Shown: in pieces, positions 24,856 to 32,000 of the stretch
Layout of the letters: every line of letters begins with the position of its first letter
Position numbering within the stretch: the stretch's first letter is position 1
NCBI GenBank assembly: GCA_021157965.1
Contig: JAGGVO010000041.1
Location: 224,119 to 256,118, forward strand
Length of the DNA stretch: 32,000 bases
Direction of reading: 5' to 3'
DNA from: Fidelibacterota bacterium
GTDB taxonomy: Bacteria; Fidelibacterota; Fidelibacteria; Fidelibacterales; Fidelibacteraceae
The notes under the pieces: model-generated
The model's input: only the letters and a program-made list of their open reading frames with translations
Told to the model about the DNA's origin: nothing
Databases searched by the model: none
Program-made: the position numbers and the translations under genes

Positions 24856-26022
24856 ATGAGTTATACACGTATTCTCATTCCGGATGCATATCACACCTAT
24901 CTTGGCATCCCCTATGATGAAGAAATTGTTCCCTTCCCCAATTTTGGTACGGTTCTGATTCAACACCGGCGCTATCTGCCGGATAAACCGGCATTCATCT
25001 GGGAAAATGTCCCGCCTGTTACATTTAAAGAATGGAGTTCCGGCGTCAGACTTCTGTCTGGCGCTCTAAAACAAGCTGGGCTGGATTTTTCCTCGCGTGT
25101 ACGCCTGAACCTGGACCTGGGTCCCCGAACCCTCTTCCTCTTTCATGCCCTGCTGGACGGGGGCATTCCGGCAATTTTAACAACCGATCCGGATACCGGT
25201 TTCACATTTCCCCTGCCGGGTGATGTGATCATGCCGGGAGAATTTATCCTGAAGGGTCCCGGGGATATATCCGGTTCGATTCATTCCGTCGTTGACACCT
25301 TGCTTCATACCCGTCCTGAAGCTCCGGATCCCTTTGAAGTTCCCTATATCTCCCTGGACCATTCCGCACTCTTCTGTTTTGATGAAGAGATGTGGTATGA
25401 GTTCACTCAGTATAATCTCCTTTCTGCGGCTCAATCCGTGGGGAAAGAACTCTCCCTGTTCCGGGACGGGGAAACTCTTTTTGCCAAATCCGCCGCAGAT
25501 TTGGCAGATTGGCTTTTCGCTGCCCTTGCATCCTTTTATTACGGATCGACGACGCGCTTTGAAACGGATATGGACGCACAAAAGGCGGAAAATATCCTCA
25601 AAGAGAGAAAAACACAGGTTCTGATTCCTGATATTTCCCGGACCGGTATATTCTCACCGGACCTGACAACCGGAGAAGTTCTCCGGGATGCTGCGATCCT
25701 CTGCAGAGATCCACGGATCGGGAAAATTCCGGAAACCCTTTCTTTTCCCTGGCGCTGTTTCTGGACAGCTCCGGTCTTTGCCGGCAATGGGGTTTTTGTA
25801 TCCGAAAAAAAAGGGACTTGTTGCAAAGGACTGGATTTCATCGTATCCGGGTCACCAGACAGAGGACGATTGATGGTGCTGGGGCATTCCGTTCCCCATG
25901 CTGTCTGGCTGGAAGAACCGGAGCATTGGGAATCCCAATTCAAAAAACACCTGGAGCTCCCCTTTTATGTCCGCTGTGAAGACCCGCAGCGCAGGACTTT
26001 CATTGTCCTTGATGATCAATGA
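24856..26022 (+). CDS. hypothetical protein whose N-terminus resembles adenylate-forming (AMP-binding) enzymes but lacks the catalytic motifs
   Basis: 388 aa. RRYLPDKPAFIWENVPPVTFKEWSSGVRLLSGALKQAGLDFSSRVRLNL follows the acyl-CoA-synthetase N-terminal pattern (P.kpA......lTy.el......la..L...G......V.l.l). I find no TSGTTG.PKG P-loop or later core motif. It lies 39 nt upstream of motA-2. Confidence 0.5.
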   Translation: MSYTRILIPDAYHTYLGIPYDEEIVPFPNFGTVLIQHRRYLPDKPAFIWENVPPVTFKEWSSGVRLLSGALKQAGLDFSSRVRLNLDLGPRTLFLFHALLDGGIPAILTTDPDTGFTFPLPGDVIMPGEFILKGPGDISGSIHSVVDTLLHTRPEAPDPFEVPYISLDHSALFCFDEEMWYEFTQYNLLSAAQSVGKELSLFRDGETLFAKSAADLADWLFAALASFYYGSTTRFETDMDAQKAENILKERKTQVLIPDISRTGIFSPDLTTGEVLRDAAILCRDPRIGKIPETLSFPWRCFWTAPVFAGNGVFVSEKKGTCCKGLDFIVSGSPDRGRLMVLGHSVPHAVWLEEPEHWESQFKKHLELPFYVRCEDPQRRTFIVLDDQ

Positions 26023-26061
26023 AATAAAAGGTATTTTACTTGAAAAATAGCAGGATTAGTC

Positions 26062-26880
26062 ATGGATATTGCAACACTTTTCGGCTTACTTATCGGACTT
26101 GGACTCATTGCCTTTGGCATGATGGATGAATCATTCAGCATTCCTCACACCTTTCTGAACTGGAATGCCATGGCGGTTGTGCTGGGAGGGACCCTGGCCG
26201 CCACAATGATCAATTATCCCTTCAAACAATTTCTCGGCCTTTTGAAAGTGACGGGAAAAGCTTTTGCCAGACATCACCAGGAAAGTCTGAAAACCATTCA
26301 TCAGCTTGTGGGTTACAGCAAGCTGATTCGTGCAAAGGGCCTGCTTTCCCTGGAAGACCAACTGCCGGAGATGAAGAACCGTTTCATGCAAACGGGTATT
26401 GAAATGGCACTTATCGAAAAAGACAGCAAAAAACTTGAGCGATTTTTAAGAAGTGAACTGACCAATATGGTTATTCGCCACAAGAACGGCCAGGAGATGT
26501 TTTATAATATGGGATCCTATGCTCCGGCATTCGGGCTCTTGGGGACCGTGATGGGTCTTATTCTGATGATGACCCAGCAGAGTCAGGTCACCGGAGTGAT
26601 GACTTTTGCCCAGGACACCCAAGTGATGATGACATCCCTGCTAAGTGGCATGGGAAGAGCCCTGGTAACCACATTTTACGGAGTTCTCCTTGCAAACCTT
26701 ATTTTTATCCCTATTGGTGGAAAACTGAAAACCCGGTCCGATGAAGAAATCTTCATTAACGAAATCATCCTGACAGGCATATTAAGTCTTCACGCCCGGG
26801 AACATCCCCTGATTATGGAAGAAAAACTTCTGACCTTTATTCCCAAAGCTGAAAAAGATTTTCTGAAACACCATGACTGA
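26062..26880 (+). CDS. motA: second flagellar-type stator A subunit (MotA/PomA family)
   Basis: 272 aa with the 4-TM MotA layout. It has APAFGLLGTVMGLILMM and ALVTTFYGVLLANLIFIPIGGKL, with both prolines present. The tail reads HPLIMEEKLLTFIP. Confidence 0.88.
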   Translation: MDIATLFGLLIGLGLIAFGMMDESFSIPHTFLNWNAMAVVLGGTLAATMINYPFKQFLGLLKVTGKAFARHHQESLKTIHQLVGYSKLIRAKGLLSLEDQLPEMKNRFMQTGIEMALIEKDSKKLERFLRSELTNMVIRHKNGQEMFYNMGSYAPAFGLLGTVMGLILMMTQQSQVTGVMTFAQDTQVMMTSLLSGMGRALVTTFYGVLLANLIFIPIGGKLKTRSDEEIFINEIILTGILSLHAREHPLIMEEKLLTFIPKAEKDFLKHHD

Positions 26881-27571
26881 TGACAGGATGCGTTATAAAA
26901 CATTCGACAGAGACGGCTGGAAAATTATATACGCCTCCCTGCTTACGGGGATTCTGGCCTTTTTCCTCCTCTTTGTCAGTCGGGCGACCAATGAAGCGAC
27001 ATCCGTATTCAGTTTTTCAGACAATCTGACAGCCCGGATCGGCCGTCAGCTGGAGCAGATCAGGGAACGGGAAGGAATGGATTGGCTGTATATTGAAAAC
27101 ACAGGAACAAAAGGGATTAAAATTCTCATTCCCTCCCGGGTGGAAAACCAGCCCTTTTTTAATTCAGCATCGGATGAAATCAACCCCAATTTTTATCCCT
27201 ATCTGGCACAGCTTGTGAGTCTGATCAATGAAACCGACCTTCCCCTGCTGGAGGCGATGTACCGGGAACAGATTGCCCGGATTGAATCCTATGGATACTA
27301 CATCGATACGGATATCCGAATTGAAGGACATTCGGATCAGCAACCTATCCGAACACAACGGTTTTCGGATAATTGGGATCTGTCCACAGCCAGGGCTTAT
27401 CAGGTGATGCAATATCTGCAATACCGCCTGCCTGTGCCGGAGGATTATTTTTCGATTGCGGGATACGGCTCCTTTCATCCTTTGCACGATGTCAGAAACT
27501 GGGACGAGAACCGCCGGGTCGAAATCTATATTAAGGTGAATATGATAAACAGGCGGGGCGGAACATCATGA
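26873..27571 (+). CDS. MotB-like OmpA-domain protein lacking the conserved transmembrane Asp
   Basis: 8-nt overlap with motA-2. The TM region is GWKIIYASLLTGILAFFLLFV, with Ser22 (TCC at 26936-26938) where MotB has the invariant Asp. The OmpA-like domain is intact: IEGHSDQQP...NWDLSTARA...NRRVEIYI. Confidence 0.8.
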   Translation: MTDDRMRYKTFDRDGWKIIYASLLTGILAFFLLFVSRATNEATSVFSFSDNLTARIGRQLEQIREREGMDWLYIENTGTKGIKILIPSRVENQPFFNSASDEINPNFYPYLAQLVSLINETDLPLLEAMYREQIARIESYGYYIDTDIRIEGHSDQQPIRTQRFSDNWDLSTARAYQVMQYLQYRLPVPEDYFSIAGYGSFHPLHDVRNWDENRRVEIYIKVNMINRRGGTS

Positions 27572-28272
27572 AACTTTTTTCCACACGGCAGGACACCTTG
27601 TCCAGTCGTGAAAGGGCTGTCCGCTCCGGGTGGATTCTCTCTTTTGGTGATATCATGACCCTTTTGCTGACATTTTTCATCATGATGATTGCCCGTCAGT
27701 CAGGTGAAATCAGCCGGATCCACCGGTGGACCCATGACCGGCTGCAAGAAACCGGCCGGGAAATCCGTTTAGCCATTGAAAAGCAGGATTTGTCAGCCTT
27801 TACTGTGAACTATCATTCAAAAGGCGTACAGATTACCATCAGCGGTGAATCGCTGTTTAATCCGGGAGAGGCAGAACCCCTTCCGGAGTTCAGGCGTCAA
27901 CTGACAGATCTGGCACATGCGATTCGCACTCTGGATATTCTGGATTTGACTCAAACGGAACATCGGCAGTTGCTTCGGGAATTGCGGGAAAACGGCCTGG
28001 CCTGGCAGGTGGAAATCCGCATAGAGGGACATACGGATAATGTCCCCTTAGGTCCTAATGTCCGGTTTAGGGACAACTGGGAATTGAGCGCCGCCCGGGC
28101 CCAGAGTGTGATGCGGATTCTACATCAGGAAACAGAAATTCCTGAGGAACGTTTTGCCGTGGCTGGCTTTGGTGAGTTCAACCCTGTGGCGTCCAACGAG
28201 ACTGAATCGGGGAGAAACCGGAACCGGCGTGTAGAAATCTATATTGATGCTTCCATTCAAAAAATTCAGTAA
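27568..28272 (+). CDS. motB: MotB family stator B subunit (Asp-containing paralogue)
   Basis: 4-nt overlap with the preceding gene. GWILSFGDIMTLLLTFFIMMI retains the channel Asp (D28). The C-terminal domain reads IEGHTDNVP...NWELSAARA...NRRVEIYI. Confidence 0.88.
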   Translation: MKLFSTRQDTLSSRERAVRSGWILSFGDIMTLLLTFFIMMIARQSGEISRIHRWTHDRLQETGREIRLAIEKQDLSAFTVNYHSKGVQITISGESLFNPGEAEPLPEFRRQLTDLAHAIRTLDILDLTQTEHRQLLRELRENGLAWQVEIRIEGHTDNVPLGPNVRFRDNWELSAARAQSVMRILHQETEIPEERFAVAGFGEFNPVASNETESGRNRNRRVEIYIDASIQKIQ

Positions 28273-28326
28273 TCTATAGGCAGGTGATTTCGTACACTCT
28301 TCCAACAAAAACATATCGGGAGAATT

Positions 28327-29400
28327 ATGGAACTTGGATTCATCGGCGTTAAATTTTCCGGAAAAAGCACCCTTTTTGAACTTCTCACCGGGAATCATTT
28401 TGAAATCCTCCGGTCCGGTCTGGCGGAATCCCGGCGGGGAAGGGTGGTAGTTCCTGATCCTCGTGTGGATAACCTTTCTGACATTTTCAAGCCGAAGAAA
28501 ACGACGCATGCCACATTCAATTGCATTGATATCATGGGTATTCCGTCAGGGAACCGGCACGATACATCTTCAAAATATCTGGAAGCGGTTCGTCAGGTGG
28601 ATGGCCTGGTGGCGGTTGTCCGTGTTTTTGAAGGCTACGGGGATGACGGGAAACCTGTTACCATCAATCCTCCCGGTGAAATCCGGCATCTGGAAGAGGA
28701 AATACAATTTGCCGACCTGGTAGTTGCTGAAAGTCGCCTTGAGAAGGTGGAACATCTGAAACAGCGGGGAGCTCCCCAGTATGATAAACATGAACATGAA
28801 ATTCTGATACGGTGCAAAGAAGCGTTGGACGAGGGTCAGCCTATTCGTGAAATCCCTTTTACGGAGGAAGAAGAAAAGCGAATCCGGGGATTCCAGTTTT
28901 TGTCCGCCAAACCCCTCCTGGCAATTCTGAACTGCAGCGATACGTTGTACGAGAATCGGGACGCTTATATCCGGGAGGTGAAAGAAAAATTTCCGAATAT
29001 GGCTGTAACCGCTGTATCAGCCCTGTCAGAAAAGGAGATTCAGGAGCTGGAAGAAGATGATCGGGCGCTTTTCATGGAAGAACTGGGGATCGATGAACCG
29101 GCCATTCATCATGTCATCCGGGCGGCTTATGAAGGACTTGGACTTTTAAGTTTTTTTACAGTTGGAGAAGATGAGGTCAAAGCCTGGACACTCCGGCAGG
29201 GACTCACAGCACCTGCAGCAGCCGGTGTTATACACTCCGATCTGGAAAAGGGGTTTATCCGGGCGGAAGTCATTTCTTATGATGTGTTTATGGAAACCCA
29301 ATCCATGACAAAAGCGAAAGCGAATGGTCAGGTCCGCCTGGAGGGAAAAGACTATGTTGTACAGGATGGTGATATATTAAATATTCGATTTAACGTATAG
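28327..29400 (+). CDS. ychF: ribosome-binding / redox-regulated ATPase YchF (Obg-like GTPase family)
   Basis: 357 aa. It has a GVKFSGKST P-loop and a central coiled-coil insert. The C-terminal TGS-like region is FFTVGEDEVKAWTLRQGLTAPAAAGVIHSDLEKGFIRAEV...VQDGDILNIRFN. Confidence 0.88.
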   Translation: MELGFIGVKFSGKSTLFELLTGNHFEILRSGLAESRRGRVVVPDPRVDNLSDIFKPKKTTHATFNCIDIMGIPSGNRHDTSSKYLEAVRQVDGLVAVVRVFEGYGDDGKPVTINPPGEIRHLEEEIQFADLVVAESRLEKVEHLKQRGAPQYDKHEHEILIRCKEALDEGQPIREIPFTEEEEKRIRGFQFLSAKPLLAILNCSDTLYENRDAYIREVKEKFPNMAVTAVSALSEKEIQELEEDDRALFMEELGIDEPAIHHVIRAAYEGLGLLSFFTVGEDEVKAWTLRQGLTAPAAAGVIHSDLEKGFIRAEVISYDVFMETQSMTKAKANGQVRLEGKDYVVQDGDILNIRFNV

Positions 29401-29408
29401 GATAAACC

Positions 29409-29858
29409 ATGGCCAGACCGCAAAAAAACAGGCATGTTAAAAATCCACCCCGTTTCAGACAGTTCAAACCCCTGGGAATTCCTTCGCGGCAACTGGATGA
29501 ACTTATTCTTTCCCTGGATGAATATGAAGCACTCCGGCTTGCAGACGGCGAGAGATATAACCAGTCCCGGGCGGCGGAGCTGATGGGCATTTCGCGTCCT
29601 ACCTTTACAAGACTGATCGAAAGCGCCAGGTATAAAATGGCGGAATTTCTAGAAAAAGGTCCTCTTCTCACGATCGACGGAGGTGCCGTTCACTTTCTGA
29701 AGGATCAGTGGTGGTGCCGGAAATGCGGCCATGCCTTCAGTGGCGAATTGGTAACCCATCCCGGTCAATGTCCCCAATGCGGCAGTACGGATCTCCACTC
29801 CCTGGCAGAAAGATACGGCCATGGAATATGTTGCCGGGAATCATCAAATTATTTTTAA
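29409..29858 (+). CDS. DUF134/UPF0251 family HTH protein with a C-terminal zinc ribbon
   Basis: MARPQKNRHV..PP.F..FKP.GIP is the characteristic DUF134 N-terminus. LSLDEYEALRLADGERYNQSRAAELMGISRPTFTRLIESARYKMAE is a sigma-70 region-4-like HTH. The C-terminus has CRKCGH-x20-CPQCGS. Confidence 0.8.
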   Translation: MARPQKNRHVKNPPRFRQFKPLGIPSRQLDELILSLDEYEALRLADGERYNQSRAAELMGISRPTFTRLIESARYKMAEFLEKGPLLTIDGGAVHFLKDQWWCRKCGHAFSGELVTHPGQCPQCGSTDLHSLAERYGHGICCRESSNYF

Positions 29859-30513
29859 AAAGCAGGAAGTTAACACCTCGATGCACCCGCTTTGTGGTCT
29901 GCCCGGTGACCGGAAAGATGGAAGATTGGATGAATGTAAGACAAAAAATCAGACACCATATATAATAATATTATTTTACATTAAGCTCGATTCCTGTGTA
30001 TTTTTCTCCCGGGGTAGTGGGCGATCACATCGCAGAATCCATATATCCGATTTCTCTTATTATCGTTATAGCAGACAATAGAAAATTCAATCAATCATAT
30101 CAATCTGACAATCTCTACCCCATAACGGGATTAACAATTCTCAGCTCTTTACTCAATTCAGAATTCCGGTATACCTCTCCTCAGTATCTAACAACATCAC
30201 GTTAGCATCCGTCAGGAATTGGGCCGTTTTCAGATCGGTGAATCGTTCCCAAATGTTTCCGCTGCATGGTTTGCCCGCCCAGGATCTGTATAGACAGGAT
30301 TATAAATATTTAATTGTTTTTTTCATTCTCTTTTTTGATTTATTTGGGATATAACCAGTTTTCATAAGCTTTGTTGTTGATGTAGTTCACGTGAAAAAGG
30401 AGGCCTGCCTTTAAATCTGTAAAATTTGTTTAATAAACGGCAGGAATCCCTTATTTTTAACAGTTATGATAACGAATCGTTTCAGGGAAGAAACACAGTG
30501 AGGTGTTGAAAAA

Positions 30514-30963
30514 ATGACTACATATCTTGAAAAAATTCAGCTTGATTTAAAGGACGCCATGAAAAAACGGGATGCCGTGCGTACCCGAACATTGCGAATG
30601 CTCCTATCCAAATTGAAAGAGAAACGCATTGAGGTGCTCCACGACCTGAAAGAAGAGGAAGAGTTGACGGTAATCCGGAAAGCAGCCAAAGAACGCCAGG
30701 ATTCTGCCCGGACTTATCAGGAGGCGGGCCGGACTGATTTGGCGGAAAAGGAAGAAGAGGAGTTGAAAATTATTGAAACGTACCTTCCTGCGGAAATGGA
30801 CGATGAAGCCATCCGTCAGATAGTCCGAAAAATTATCCGAAAAAGCGGGGCCGAAAGTATCCGGGATCTTGGAAAGGTTATGGGACCGGCCATGAAAGAA
30901 CTGACCGGCCGTGCAGACGGGAAACGGGTCCAAATAATAGTTCGGGAAGAACTGGGAGGTTAA
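30514..30963 (+). CDS. yqeY: GatB/YqeY domain-containing protein
   Basis: 149 aa. L.KIQLDLKDAMKKRDAVRTRTLRMLLSKLK and the C-terminal GKVMGPAMKELTGRADGKRV are the family signature. Confidence 0.82.
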   Translation: MTTYLEKIQLDLKDAMKKRDAVRTRTLRMLLSKLKEKRIEVLHDLKEEEELTVIRKAAKERQDSARTYQEAGRTDLAEKEEEELKIIETYLPAEMDDEAIRQIVRKIIRKSGAESIRDLGKVMGPAMKELTGRADGKRVQIIVREELGG

Positions 30964-30964
30964 T

Positions 30965-31696
30965 ATGCACTGGATGGATATCCTGGCCATTATCATTGTT
31001 GCCTGGTTTGTAGTAAAAGACTATTTCAACGGATTGATTTTAAGCAGTTTCCGGCTGATTGGGCTGGTGCTGGGTATTATCATCGGATCAAATTACAGTG
31101 TGAGTGTGGGGAACGCCCTTTTTGGCCGTTTTGACTGGAATCCCACCCTGATCATGGCACTGGGATTTGTCGTCATTTTCCTCGGTGTTGTGATTATATC
31201 ACAGATTCTGGCCAACCTGATCCGGGCAGCTCTGAACCTTGTCCTTTTAGGCTGGGTGGATAAACTGGGTGGTATTGCCCTGGGCGTTTTAAAGGCCGTG
31301 ATTGTCCTGAGTGTTATTTTCTGGATTTTTGATCTGATGCCCAACAATAACTGGGTTCCTAAAATTAAACAGAATGCTAAAAGTTATGAACTTCTTGAAC
31401 GCGTTGTTCCTGTGGTTCATAAAACCCTCATTGAACCCTTTTTTGATGAAGGCAAACTTCGTCAGCAGTTGAATAACAGAGTCCGGGAGGATATTCTGCC
31501 GGCAATCCAGGGTACGACAGAGGAATTTGCCAGGCACCTTCGCCAGATGGATGCTTTTGATTTTCAGGAACAGCAGTATCTTGTGGAAAATTTTAAGAAA
31601 CTGCCCCTGCCTGAGCGAAAAGAGATTATGCTGAAATTAAAAAAGGGGGGACAGGAAATGCGTGAAGCCATAGAACGATTGAACCAGGGATTATGA
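30965..31696 (+). CDS. cvpA: CvpA family membrane protein with a soluble C-terminal extension
   Basis: There is a 1-nt gap after yqeY. The N-terminus is W.DILAIIIVAWFVVKDYFNGLI, and 4 TM helices are typical of CvpA. The ~100-aa hydrophilic tail is not part of the core family. Confidence 0.75.
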   Translation: MHWMDILAIIIVAWFVVKDYFNGLILSSFRLIGLVLGIIIGSNYSVSVGNALFGRFDWNPTLIMALGFVVIFLGVVIISQILANLIRAALNLVLLGWVDKLGGIALGVLKAVIVLSVIFWIFDLMPNNNWVPKIKQNAKSYELLERVVPVVHKTLIEPFFDEGKLRQQLNNRVREDILPAIQGTTEEFARHLRQMDAFDFQEQQYLVENFKKLPLPERKEIMLKLKKGGQEMREAIERLNQGL

Positions 31697-31703
31697 CAGG
31701 ATT

Positions 31704-32000
31704 ATGATACACCCCGAAGCGGTCCTGGGGTTTGACCGGGTCCGGCGTCTTCTCCGGGCGGAGACCTTTACGGAAAAGGCCGGTGACCTGGCAGGTAATT
31801 TGCATTCTTTCCAACCTCCTGAAACCTTCCGGAAAACACAGGATTTAATCCTCGAAATGCGGGATCTCATTGCCCTGGATACGGCACTTCCCCTCTCCGG
31901 TTTCAGCGATCAGATCCATATTTTTAAACGTGCAGCTGTACAGGGAACGGCCTTATCGGGTGAAGAGCTCTTCACGCTGGGATCCATTCTTCAAACCGGC
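31704..32000 (+). CDS. mutS2: endonuclease MutS2, N-terminal fragment (runs off the window end)
   Basis: The frame is open from the ATG at 31704 to the window end (99 codons read by hand, no stop). It is absent from the ORF track because it has no stop. MIHPEAVLGFDRVRRLL...LSGEELFTLGSIL follows the MutS2 N-terminal pattern (LeFdkv..ll...a.s..G......l.P...............L...EL..i...L). Confidence 0.55.
   Translation, partial: MIHPEAVLGFDRVRRLLRAETFTEKAGDLAGNLHSFQPPETFRKTQDLILEMRDLIALDTALPLSGFSDQIHIFKRAAVQGTALSGEELFTLGSILQTG

Noticed and set aside
26062-28272. Reading the MotAB-like genes as a Zorya-type anti-phage defence system
   Set aside because: As I recall them, ZorA proteins are much larger, with a long C-terminal tail, and they are accompanied by ZorC/ZorD or ZorE. 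Here the MotA proteins are 264-272 aa, no such partners occur, and the neighbourhood has no defence-island or mobile-element character.
29821-30205. Two small plus-strand ORFs (86 and 69 aa) in the large intergenic gap
   Set aside because: They have no RBS. Their composition is Ile/Tyr/Ser-rich and tracks the AT-rich DNA, they overlap each other, and they have no recognisable motif. The region is reported as a non-coding gap instead.
1-32000. Search for CRISPR arrays, tandem or inverted long repeats, transposases, integrases, tRNA/rRNA genes and prophage signatures
   Set aside because: I could recognise none by reading the sequence or the ORF track. The window looks like core chromosome, so the motor loci are not obviously on a mobile island.

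Overview
This is a gene-dense chromosomal window from an unidentified bacterium, roughly mid-40s % GC by eye. Short or overlapping gene junctions indicate operons. I saw no rRNA, tRNA, CRISPR, transposase, integrase or long repeats. Genes at 23-10068 are all on the minus strand and genes at 10244-32000 are all on the plus strand. The minus-strand block carries a membrane protein, a CPBP protease and a TlpA-like thioredoxin lipoprotein. It then carries a ten-gene aromatic amino acid operon: yjbQ, chorismate mutase, DAHP synthase, a fused prephenate dehydrogenase/dehydratase, aroA, aroE, aroC, aroK, aroB and aroQ. The plus-strand block opens with a bacterial eRF1-like (baeRF1/Vms1-like) protein. 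The most interesting feature follows: an eight-gene operon (about 11.46-19.46 kb) framed by a sigma70-like promoter and a strong intrinsic terminator. It encodes four secreted coiled-coil/TPR (CpoB/YbgF-like) proteins, MotA, MotB, a truncated FliF-like protein and a FliG-like protein. The FliF-like protein has an RBM3-like core, a long coiled coil and a FliG-binding tail. No other flagellar gene (C-ring, export gate, rod, hook or filament) is present in 32 kb. A second stator-type locus at 26.06-28.27 kb encodes MotA plus two MotB paralogues, one of which lacks the universally conserved transmembrane Asp. A GAF/HD-GYP c-di-GMP phosphodiesterase lies between the two motor loci. I read this as a candidate flagellum-independent, ion-driven rotor-stator envelope machine. 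This rests on hand recognition of motifs, and flagellar genes elsewhere in the genome cannot be excluded. The remaining genes are housekeeping: a ferritin-like protein, plsC, sixA, an OMP, ychF, DUF134, yqeY, cvpA and the 5' end of mutS2.
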